NCBI GenBank assembly: GCA_009103225.1 | Contig: RHPI01002990.1 | Location: forward strand, 767,819-831,818 | Source: Chlorokybus atmophyticus | Lineage: Eukaryota; Plantae; Mesostigma and Chlorokybus algae | Length of the DNA stretch: 64,000 nucleotides | Direction of reading: 5' to 3' | In this document: piece by piece, positions 53,308 through 64,000 of the stretch | Layout of the letters: each line of letters starts with the position of its first letter | Numbering within the stretch: the stretch's first letter is position 1 | Translations under genes and position numbers: made by a program | The notes under the pieces: generated by a model | Seen by the model: the letters and a program-made list of their open reading frames with translations, nothing else | Databases searched by the model: none | What the model was told of the DNA's origin: nothing

Positions 53308-53709
53308 CAGTACGACCTCGTTCTAGGAGACACGTTTATTTCCTACACTTTGTCTCTAACAAACAGGGTCTCTTTCCTCGATATAAGAGACTATGCTCTT
53401 ACAGCGAGGTTACGTCACAAACATCACGCATTGCATAATGTGTGATGCTATGTCATGCTATGATACGTGATATATGTAAAACACTTACTTATATCCGTTC
53501 AAACGTGATTTTTATAACACATACCTATCAATGCATTTTATACCGCACCCTCTGTGTAAGAGAAAATTGATAATGTTGAGGTCTCCTACTGCGGGGTCTC
53601 TTGCTCTTAGAATGGACAGATTTTGAGTGGTGAAGCTATGTTCCCAACAAAATGTCTCTTACAAGGTGAGATCTCTTAGTCGGAGGTCTCTAACAGAGAG
53701 GTTATACTG
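53308..53709. mobile_element. Degenerate Tc1/mariner (pogo/Tigger-type) MITE
   Basis: Flanked by TA on both sides. The left end CAGTACGACCTCGTTCTAGGAGAC matches the reverse complement of the right end, CAGTATAACCTCTCTGTTAGAGAC, at 17/24 positions. GAGAC/GTCTC subterminal motifs recur. No ORF. Confidence 0.65.
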
Positions 53710-53760
53710 TAGCTGTTATAAACATCCACAATCGATAGAATATCTCTCCTTAAATGAATA

Positions 53761-54226
53761 CAGTCTACCCCCGTTAAAAGACTTCGCTTTAAGAGAATAC
53801 CCCAGTTAAGATCATCGTTTTGCAAAGAACCAATCGTTTCACAGGCAAATATCTTCGGTTAGTGGAATAGTCTTGTACGAATAAGGCTAAAGAGAAGGCT
53901 TGAAATTCTAAGTGGGTCAAGTCTTATAATGGGGGAATACCTTGTTAACAGCATAGATATTTCGCTGATATTAGAATAAACATCACCTTCAACAATAGAA
54001 GCCATGTATGATAATGTACAATATATACATAAAATATGAATTTCATTTTTGCCACGTCAGCATATGATGACGTGGCTTAAGGTTATCAGTCAATACCCCC
54101 ATTAACAGAATGTATATTCTTTAAACGCTAAAAGCATACATATTCTTATCAACGCCAAGAGAAAAACCCCGTTAGTGGAATGAAAAGCTGAAGGATAAAC
54201 GTGATTTTGGTAACGGGGGTAGACTG
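53761..54226. mobile_element. Tc1/mariner (pogo/Tigger-type) MITE with perfect 16-bp TIRs
   Basis: TA|CAGTCTACCCCCGTTA ... TAACGGGGGTAGACTG|TG. The TIRs are 16/16 identical and the right flank is TG rather than TA. Internal ccccgtta-like motifs recur. No ORF. Confidence 0.8.
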
Positions 54227-55413
54227 TGATGAGACCTTATTGAATATAGATAAAGGCAAGACAAGGGTTCTCAAAGGTAAAGTCCAGGAAAGTTAGCAAA
54301 TCTGACGGGTGTTTCTGTTGCTGTCCTTCTCTCTTGAAGTTGGAATCAGGTTAGCTTGTCTGCAAACCCCCTTTCTTTAACAGCTATATATATAATGCTC
54401 GTATGTTCATTGTACTTGTATTTCAAGTATGCACGGAACTTATTCTGTTGGTTGTATCACATGCATCAAGTATGATTACTCGTGTTGTTGCCATCCGTCA
54501 AGAATCAGCTGCACACGTCAAGCCATTTGGATTATGATGAACACCAAAGCACAAACGTAGATTTATACTTTTCACGGAGACTCCCGAAATCTCGGAGAGT
54601 TCTTTCTCACATTGACTGCATATAGGCTGCTGATCGAAACTTTAGCACACTTGCAACATAACAAGATAATTATTGAAAAGTGAAGGAAGCATGCAGATGA
54701 GACACAACAAAAGCGCACATTAAAGTACAGAAACCTGCATGTATATGTATAGCATATCTTGAGGTCGCAACGTAGCCTTTTTTGCATGGATGGCACACAA
54801 CCTCCTCTACACATGAAGACCAACTTAACAGATAGTGGACAGATAGCTTTCTCTGCAGCATGCATATTTTTAATGCAGTTTTTAATGGGGAAACGAGAGA
54901 AAATGCGGGGGGGCGGCAAAATAAGACTACCAGTGGTATCATTCAAAATCAAAATTGCGGTTTGCATAACGTTAGCTGGCTTTTCACCTTGCCGTTTTTC
55001 AAGCCCTAACCTTCCCTTTTGCCCCCTAACAAGATCTTCAACTGTCCCCAAACTAGCTTTCAATCTTCATGTATATGCCACGGCATTTTTCTCCATTTTT
55101 TGGCGTACAGGCGAAGCATTTCTTGCTGCTCGTATTTATTGCGATAAGCCGGTTAGAGTTCTCATTGACACATTTCGTTCCTGCCCCTTCCCTTGCTATT
55201 TGCGTGTTAGGTGCCGACACCGCTCGCGTTCAAAACTCGTTTGCTATGCCTCCGTAAGCGGATCATCATTCAGATCTCGTCGACTTTTGCAGCTGCATGT
55301 TGCTCTATCCATTCCTTTGGCCTGTCTCATTACAGTCAGGCCACCGGTCGCAGATAGCATGCTAGAAGGTGAGCTGGACACGCTAAGCAGTGAAGGGGAG
55401 TTGCGCTTCTGCT

Positions 55414-55446
<33 letters not shown>

Positions 55447-57183
55447 CTTTGTGGCGCATGCGCTGCATATGTACTGCCAATCATGTACATTTCCACATGC
55501 CCATCACAGTCTGCACAGCGGCGTTCCTGCCCCTTCCTCTACTGTTTGCAACTCTGATGTTGACACCGTTCGCATTACAAGCCCTTGTGGTGTGCTTTTG
55601 GTGATTAATTACAATTTGTTAAAGGCATGTCCTTGACTCAGGCTGGCGGCCTGAGGTGATGGGCTTGGAGGGGAGCTGGATACGCCAAGCAATAAGTTGC
55701 GACTTTAGTCACGCACGTAGCTAGTATGTTTTAAAATCAATAGGTTAACTCAATTAAATGCAGCTCAACACTCATGTTTTTACGCAAATAGTACGTGTAT
55801 CGTGTATACGACAACACATACTATGCGCGATGCGTGACTTGGAGTACGATATGTTTTACTTTTAATCATGCCGCAAGTTATATATGAATTACAAAGTACA
55901 CAAACTATTCAGAACTAGTAGTTACATTTTTGATAATTTAAAATGCACTCAATAATACTTATGAATATCAGAAGCTTTGGAGTCGATCAGTTATGTCAAG
56001 GCCAATTTGTCAATCAAAGCACACTTCATATCTCAACGCATGGTATACTGCACTTGCATGTGGCCGGCGTTTTTGATATTAATTTAAAAGTCACAACCAT
56101 TATTTCATTTCAATCATAACGCAACAACACGGTATTATACAACCCTTTGTTCAATCAACATTGCTTTCCATTCAGTCGTAAATGTGACCAATGCGCACTT
56201 AGACCTTTACAATTTTGTGATATATGTACGGCGCTACTACAAATCACCCAAATGGCATGATCAACACATACACTTACCATGAATTTAGGTGGTTTAAAAC
56301 GCTTGTGTCGATGTGGTACTAATAGGCAGTTGCATGATAACTTCTTACAACTGCTTCAGACCAACAAACTTTAGGTAGATACTGTGCAAGTGTGATTATA
56401 TGGAGCGCTTGAGTTGCAACTTGACAAGCTTGCCAATACCCAGTTAAGGTTGCAGAGGGGGGGAGTTGGGGAGATAATCNGGGGGCTTATGTGGACACTA
56501 TGTATGATTTATTTAATCACACATCCAGAATTACATAAATATAGCATATGGGATGACTGTACATATGATTATATGTACCGTCATCTCATTAGTTCGTATT
56601 CAATTAGTCTAACCATCATCCAAATTGTGTTGTACTTATCCGTGTCCAACCTATAATCTACATGTATCAAGCTATGTGTGTATCATTTTACTCTTCCCCC
56701 CCTTTCTCCTTCTCTTGCTGAACTAAATAGGAAGAATATGTGAAAACTTATAACATCAACAAGCCCCATGATCGTAAGTCACATTGATACGTTGAGTACA
56801 TAAAGAGGGAACGTTGACGCATTTACGTATTATATCTAAAAACCCTGATCCACTACCCCCCCCCCNCCCCCCCCTTCCCCCTTTAAAAGGGGGGGAATGT
56901 AACTATTATGCAATTTACCCACAAGAAGGGGTTTGCAAAAGTAGTCCCCCACCCAATGTTGAAGTGGGGTTATCATCCTCAAAGAGGGCTTACATCCAAG
57001 CATACAGAAACCATGTACAATTGCAAATTGGGACTTCATCTCCTGTACGAAGTTGATGGCTTCATTGAGTAGTACGAGTATTATATGAATGGCGTGGCAA
57101 CACTCGTATCATTTGCAAGACAAGGGAAGGGGCGGGGGGGGGGGGGGNGGACCAATGTAGTATTGCAAGTACACTCGGTGTGT

Positions 57184-57270
57184 TGCAGCTGCGAAAGTGC
57201 AGCGCTGCACGTCCAGCCCCGTCCACCGTGTCCACTTCCTCCTCTTCGAAGCCCGCTACTTGCGTTGTTG
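57184..57270 (-). pseudogene. Possible ankyrin-repeat gene fragment
   Basis: Reads EEEEVDTVDGAGRAALHF. Removing one C continues it as AAA, fitting the ankyrin D-x-x-G-R-T-x-L-H-x-A-A consensus. It is isolated and ends at an N junction. Confidence 0.35.
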
Positions 57271-57553
57271 CTTGCCTGTGTACACATATCTGAGATACGC
57301 GTGTGCAATGTACTCTGATGCTTATTGTGAATGTTGTGTGATAGGTGTGCGCATGTTGTGTGGAGTGCAATAGCAGCCGCAACATCTATTCTGAGCTGCT
57401 GCCATCATCACCTAACATGTCATCAATTGGCAGGGTTTGTAGTCACTAGCAGTGTAGTCGTAATGACAGCAACTTGCCAACTGTGCCATGCAATAGCGAT
57501 GACTGTGGCAACACACGTTATACAACACAATATTACACGATCCGCTCAGACTG

Positions 57554-60482
57554 TCAGCTGCTATCCGGGTTAGCAACCACTGTACTGTGGACTTGATTCA
57601 AACTGCTTGGTGCAGGGTCAATTTCAGCCATCTGTGCCAGTAATCTTGATTCAGCATCATCATCTGACTCATCATCATCACCAGGGTTGCTGCTCTCTGC
57701 TGGCCTTGGGAAGAACTCAGCACCTGGAAAGGCACGCGCAAACAACTGCTCCACGCGTTTCACCACGTCACACAAACCCACAACTTGATCGGGCAGCTCT
57801 GTCGCAAACAGATTCGCCGGCAGTGCATCGGAATCTCGCAGATTGGGCAAAGCCTGATTGTAGAAAGCACTCCACAACAGCCTTGGCTTGCTCCCTTCTG
57901 GCGTGGATCCATCAGTCTCAAACAATGCATCAACCGCTGGTTGGAGGTCATCTCTAGCACTAGTGCTTGTGTCCGTGTCGCTGGCACGAACAGAGAGGTG
58001 CGCAATGTACTTGCCGGGTGGGCACACGGCGCAAGCTTCTCCCAGTTGGCTGGCACGTATTGCATATGAGTTGTTGTGTGGCAACGAATGCGGCGGAAAA
58101 ACCATCAAGATGGTCGACTGCCCAACCGTAACCGAGCCATCGCCAATACAAATGCAGTGTGATACTCGCTGCGTTGCTTGTAGGGTTGTTTGCGCTCGCG
58201 TAGAGAACCCTCGGAGATAAGTTTCATTTGCAATGACTGTGTCAGCGTGGAGTAGCTGACCGCTGGAAGTCAATACCCCGCGACAGGCGCCACTCTCCTT
58301 GTCAACCAGGATGGCATCAACTTGCCGCCGCAACACGTAAAGGGCTCCATGCACGGCTGCGACTCTGCAAAAAGCCTACAGCAACAATTGTCATGACTAA
58401 AGCTGTGGAATGTTGCACAATAGTGTGCAGGTAGATTGCAAGCTACGGCAATTTACCTGTGGCATCTCACTTAAGCCATAAAACGGAACCAGCCAGGCTC
58501 CTTCTGCACCGAACCGTCCAATAGACTGCAAGTAGACACCAAGCTTTCTAAGCCCGTCCTCTGCACTGATATCGCCGCCACCTTGCTGTTCCAACATACA
58601 TATGGCATGCAGCACAAACGCCTGAACGGATGCTGGAAGATTGTGCCGAGTCAGGTATGCGCTGAAGGAGCCTTGCAGGGCAGGCTCACTGGTGCTAGCA
58701 CTGGCGCCAGTATCGGCTCTAGTGCTTGCATCTGCTAGGTCAATACCAACAGGTCAGCCAACAGTTGCTATAATGGTACGTACAGCGTAAGTGAGTATGA
58801 GTGTGATGCAAACGATTGTGGCAAGTCCCACGTAATGCGCCTGCACCTGAAGCTGCAACAGTTTCGGCATGTTGAGCACTAGTTTTGAGAAACCGCATGA
58901 GGTGGCGCTTCTCCACTGCACTCAATGAGCGATCTTTGAAAACATCCGCCCGCGATGCGGGTACTGGCTGCAGCCCGTTTGCTGTACACAAACACACACA
59001 CTCTTGATTGGTAAGCAGTAAGACACGCACCGCATGCACTGCCATCGTCTTTTGCTTGTGTGCAGGTATCCAATACATGGAGAATGTGGCTATGTTAGCA
59101 CACTGCTAGACGCCTACCAGTCCATAGATGCGTGCCCTCAACAGCCTTGAACTCCAGGTACTGATGAGCGCCAGAGCGAACGAGGACATCAACACTGGCA
59201 CCGGCACTAAGGGCCAGCTTGGGCCCAGCCAGGTCAATGCTGTAAGCTCGGGAGGGGCCTAGGTTTGGATGAGCATGCGGTTGAGAGGCACCGTTCATTG
59301 GAAGAGGAGAGGTTGAAGTCGAGGGTTGCACTGGCGGTTGCCATACCTGCAGAGTAAACGATGCGGTAAAACACGATGAGTTACTACACAGCAGAAAACG
59401 CTGCTGTTCCCCAAGAAACATTTATGCATAATCCCAGAGTTGTTGGTCATCATACGACACACTGCTTGCAAAGCCCATGCTTGTAAAGCCTGCAGCATGC
59501 GTGTGGCAGCACCTCAAAGTTTGTGTAGATGTCTTCTCCAACCCCAACGGGCACAGCAGCAAGGCCGGCAACATCAACAGCTGCCGCAGTCGCCATAGCT
59601 TCATCCAGGCTCTGTGAGGGGTTCCCATTTTCATGGCCTTCTCCTGCCGCGGGTAAACTTTGCAACTATTATAAGGGCCACTAGCCCCATATGAAAGCCA
59701 TGCAAGCGTTGCAATGCAAAGCTGTCATAGCTGCTCACCCACCAGTGGCGGACAACGCTGCTAACAGCGGCGCCCGTGCTCCAGATGGGGCAACGCCTTT
59801 CCCGCCTTCAGATACCCAATGTTGAAAGGCCTGTGTGCAACGAGAAGTACATGCTCATCTTTTCCATGATGCATGTAGTCATGGGAACTGCTGACTGAGT
59901 CCTGTGCTCAAAACTATGTCAAGCAATGCAGTTGTTCGGCATGCTGGCCTATGCTGCCTACCTCAAGTGGCATTGCCCCCCACGCTGAGCCATAGGACTC
60001 TGCGTGGTCCAAATGCAGCACACTTTTGCCAGCTTTCGCAGCCGCACTGCCATGACCACAAACAGTCGCAATGCCGGCTTCAGTTAATATTCCATCAGTT
60101 GTAACAGAGAAAGGGAAACCCATGTACAAGCCGACAATGATAGTAACCTCCCCGGCAAACGCCGTAGGCATGGTTACATTGCATGGTGTGACAATGCTTT
60201 CAAGACTGCTGATTAACTAGCAACATGTGCTAGTGGATGCAGGCAATGGCTGCTAGTCACTCAGAAGCAATAATTACTATCAGGAGCAAGCTTTGCGACA
60301 TGCTCGCTACTCACTAGCGGCCGCATCAACAGTATCAACTAGGCCTGTACGCTGAGTGCTATGTGCAGTGCAAGCAAGCAAGCTGGACAGACGACAGTGC
60401 CCAACCCCGCAAGCATGGACTCGGAAAGCCCAGTGCCCAGCACAATGACGTCAAACCGCTCCGGTTCTATCAGCGCGTCCAT
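57554..60482 (-). CDS. REP: Rab escort protein (REP/CHM, GDI superfamily)
   Basis: Exons 60482-60406, 60046-59962, 59830-59743, 59643-59513, 59346-59118, 58981-58847, 58734-58457 and 58375-57554 join in phase. Motifs: FDVIVLGTGLSESMLAGAAAKAGKSVLHLD, RAYSIDLAGPKL, SGAHQYLEFK, VPASRADVFKDRSLSAVEKRHLMRFL and PFYGLSEMPQAFCRVAAVHGALYVLR. Confidence 0.95.
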
Positions 60483-61605
60483 GACGCTTGCTTCACAAGA
60501 TAACCACTATCACACCACCGCTGACTACACCTCCATCCGCCACGCCACCGCCACCGTCGCCTCCGACACCACGGCTACACTACCGAGCTCAACGCAGCGG
60601 ACGTCTATATCATGACTACAGTTGATATCGGTATGTGCACTAGGGTGTGACGTCGAAACAAGAGCTTGGCACAGATATCGCAGTTGCTGTTGTGTACACG
60701 TAAGCGCCTGCTTGGTTACGCTGCGGGCAGAAGCAATTAGGAGAGAAGCAGCCAGGCGGAGCAGCGTGCTTGCAGGAGTTATTGTGGTGTTTTACAGCGA
60801 GAGTGTGCTGACTTTCAAGCTAGGGTTGGGTGGTGTATCGGGCGTGACCGCTGCGCCAACTCTCTGCCTGGGCTGGTGTCGTTGCAGCTGCAGTACTTGC
60901 GAATTTTGCACTTTTGGCAGTGCTGGTTGTGTGTGATGTCAGCAGATTGAAGTTGTTGCTCCGGTACCAGCTGCTACTTTTGATGAGCTGAGCGCCTGAA
61001 AGTGGGGTTCCTTATCTTTCCTTTGGGAGGCGAGACTGGTCTTCGTTAGCTGTCAAGTACGCAGCAGGCAAACAAAGGTTGGGTCAGAGCACAGCAAGGC
61101 GGTTGCATGGCAGGTGAGGCAACCCATTGCGAGGCACTTCTGATGCCTTGCAACGCGCAGTCAGCAAAAATCACGTTAATCACTCGCATTGCAGGGGAAG
61201 CTCCAGCCTGTAACATGTTGCAGCGCAAGTATGCTTGACTGCATGCTTGTGCACTTACTGCTATGTGTTGCGCGCAAGCATGTGCAGCCTGTTCCATGGT
61301 ACTTGTCATCATGAGGTTTAGTGACGTTGAAGCATGCATGCATTGCGCACAGGGCATTGCTCAAGTTCAGGTGCTGAACTGCTGGTATGAAACAAAGTTG
61401 CGAGCTTGCATACTCATTGCCATTGTGCATGGCTACGCAAGTAAGCATCATTGTTACTACAGACACTGGCCCAAGTTTTGCAAAGCAGTCCCAGTCTATG
61501 ATGACCACCACGCTACAGATGTCCCCAGAACTTTGTCAGTGTTGTGACCACCCTGGTGGCTGGAGTGTGACAGCGAGTCTGCTTCTCAATGCTTACGCAG
61601 GAGCA

Positions 61606-63297
61606 ATGAGAGCGTTGCTCACCGCCACTCCCCACGTAGCACGCATAACCAGCACACAAACAGTTCCACCCTTCGTACGGCGACCCCGCGCATCCCTTAA
61701 GCAGTCTCTGCATACGGCAACAACAAGACTTCAACCCTCCCCTCTCCTACCTGCCGCTGCACAGTCCCGTCGATGTAGACTCTTCTTGCAGCAATTAACG
61801 TCAGAGAGTAGCCGATCTCAACCTCCAGTCTCGTTCTCAACTGCGCCGTCTGAAGGCACCGTTGCCTACCTCAGGCATGCGAGAACTGGCACAGAAATCT
61901 ACCTTGTTGGGACCGCGCATGTGTCGCAAAAGAGTGCTGATGAAGTCCGGGAGGTGAGTTGACTGAGGGTCGTGCTGAGGTGGTTCTCTACAGTCTCAGA
62001 CAAGGGCAGTCAGCACTCGTTGAATTTGAGGCAGGTTGACTCCAGAGTGTTGGTTGCGTGTATTATACCGGAATGGAAAGCTGCAGGTCGCTTGGTCGAG
62101 TGTTGCAGTTCACAGTACTGGCATTGAGCTTTGTGGCTTTCTGTGTGGCACTCAGGTTATTCGTCGAGTGAAGCCAGATGTTGTCATGGTAAGTGCCACC
62201 AAGGCTGAGAGGTCAGGGACTTGCACTGTGTTGCAACACAGTGCAAGCAGGCAAGCTTTGCAGAAACATGCTGATTCAACATGACAGGTGGAGCTAGACG
62301 CACAGCGTGCGGCTGAACTCAAGGCGGGCAAGTCACCCAACGTCCTTGAGGCAAGCCAAGCAATGCTGTTCTGTGGACATGCAAGCGAGGCCACCATGGT
62401 GGTCGGCGTAACACGCAGTCTGACTGTGTGTGTGCTGCGCAGGCATTGATGCGTGGACTGTGGGGACCAGGTGGCCTCCAGCAGCGAATAATAGCTGGCG
62501 GCCTGTCTTCTCTGTATGCTGCCTTAAGACGCTCTGGCATGGACCCGGGCCTTGAGTTTAAGGCAAGTTGTGTGTGTGTGCGCGTGCAGCCATGGCTTTC
62601 ATGGCTGCACAGATTTACTAAGGTACTAAAGCGCAGGTGGCTATTGAAGAGGCAAAGAAGTTGGGTGCAAAGCTTATTTATGGGGATCGCGATGCGCGGG
62701 TAACAACAAGAAGGCTCGGGCAGGTTGTGTCCATGTGGGACTTGCTGAGGGCCGGCAGGTGTGAAGCTCAGCAAAGTTCAGCTAGTGTTGGGCTGTTCTG
62801 GTCTGAGTTGTATGCTGTTGTAGGTCTGGTGACCAGCCAGTCGTCAGTGGAGGCGCCTCCACACTGACTGATATGGTGGAGGAGATGAAGACTCGCGCAA
62901 AATCGCGACAGATAGTTGAACAGATGACGAAGGTCAACCCTGAGATGGTGAGTTTGGTCCGTGACACTGTTGGTTATCTGTGCAAGGTGGTGACACTACC
63001 TTTCAGGTCCGCGTGCTTATTACTGAACGGGATGAGCACATGGCCCGCGTGCTGCGCGAGGCAGTTGTGCGACATGAGAGCCGTGTCGCAGTGGCAGTCA
63101 TGGGGCTCGCTCATGTTGATGGGTAAATAAAGGGAATTGGGACTGGGACAGATACAGGGTCAGATACGGGGTACAGATAGTCTTGCTGTAAATCTACACT
63201 GCTGAGCTGAGCTAACCTGCCCCCCCCCCCTTCCGCCGGGTCTGTTACCTGCAGGGTTGAGCAGTGCTGGCAGGAGGCTGAGCAGCGTGGAGAATAG
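61606..63297 (+). CDS. TRABD: TraB/PrgY-domain protein (TRABD-like), probably organelle-targeted
   Basis: Exons 61606-61953, 62156-62188, 62288-62350, 62443-62562, 62637-62758, 62824-62947, 63007-63122 and 63255-63297 join in phase. Motifs: IYLVGTAHVSQKSADEVREVIRRVKPDVVMVELD, PGLEFKVAIEEA, GDRD, LITERDEHM and VAVMGLAHVDG. Confidence 0.93.
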
Positions 63298-63913
63298 GAG
63301 CAGCGGTGGTCAGATGACGCCAGAGCTGCATGTACACAAGCAGGATTGCTGGGTATTTGACAGGCCAGCCAGTTGTAAGTATATGCGTGGCCTAGCTCCT
63401 GGGTGCAATAAGGCAATGACCGCCTTCAAGAATAAACAGTCAGTACTTCATGTTGCTCCATTGCATCACGCATGGCATGATCTTTTTGTGGCCTGAGGAC
63501 ATTGGACAATCATGGGGATCAAGCTGCGCTTGTGCATGGCTGGACAATATGGCAATCGAGGTATGCCGGCATGATGTTGCAAGTGACATCGACGGAATGT
63601 CTTTGCATGTAGCATGGATACGAGACCAACATGTTTTCCTCATATGCGCATGCACGATGCTATGGTGTAGTTAACCAGCATGGCAGAGGAACAACAGAAT
63701 AACATCCCTCACCTGACCATGAACTCTACCACCGTTGTATAGAGCTGGCGGGTTATGCGCATGAAGATGCCTATTGTTAAAGGCAGAAATCAAGGAGAGG
63801 TGTGAGTAGCATAAAACGAGGCAATCTGCGGAGCAAGGAGAACATGTATACTACTCATAAACATAACGGTGTATTGCAATAGAGCTCTTGTAATGTATAT
63901 GTGATAGATATAC

Positions 63914-63916
<3 letters not shown>

Positions 63917-64000
<84 letters not shown>
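63917..64000. repeat. (GA)n microsatellite running off the window end
   Basis: Perfect AG repeat to position 64000. Confidence 0.95.

Noticed and set aside
54572-55604. 163-aa and 281-aa ORFs in the AT-rich island, considered as transposase remnants
   Set aside because: No DDE/DDD, HTH or RT motifs; they overlap simple repeats.
56461-56479. 19-nt exact copy of 51211-51229 (gggagttggggagataatc)
   Set aside because: It is short and sits between a G run and an N, so it is most likely a gap-filling artefact.

Overview
Eukaryotic, intron-rich genomic DNA from the green lineage. Plastid-type transit peptides and plant-type orthologues suggest an alga, possibly an early streptophyte; this taxonomy is inference. 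I assembled spliced models by hand with splice-phase checks. In order they are: SAL1 phosphatase (-, runs off the left edge), RecX, an F-box/LRR protein, a TCF1-like RCC1 protein, a myristoylated calcineurin-B-like EF-hand protein, an orphan multi-exon gene, the mitochondrial carrier DTC, an AT3G04560-like protein, a rhodanese, a YisB-like HNH protein, a plastid-type hypothetical protein, a DUF2389/DnaJ-zinc-finger protein, SYF2, a convergent pair of paralogous four-transmembrane proteins, Rab escort protein and a TraB-domain protein. Two AT-rich, gene-free islands (about 19.1-23.9 kb and 51.6-57.1 kb) contain long palindromes and two TA-flanked pogo/Tigger-type MITEs. The long poly-C and (TC)n tracts, the single Ns and a 421-nt N gap look like short-read assembly scars. 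I found no rRNA, tRNA or CRISPR array. The best candidates for new biology are the tail-to-tail tetraspan (MARVEL/CASP-like) gene pair and the protein resembling canonical calcineurin B. No multi-gene novel system is clearly supported.
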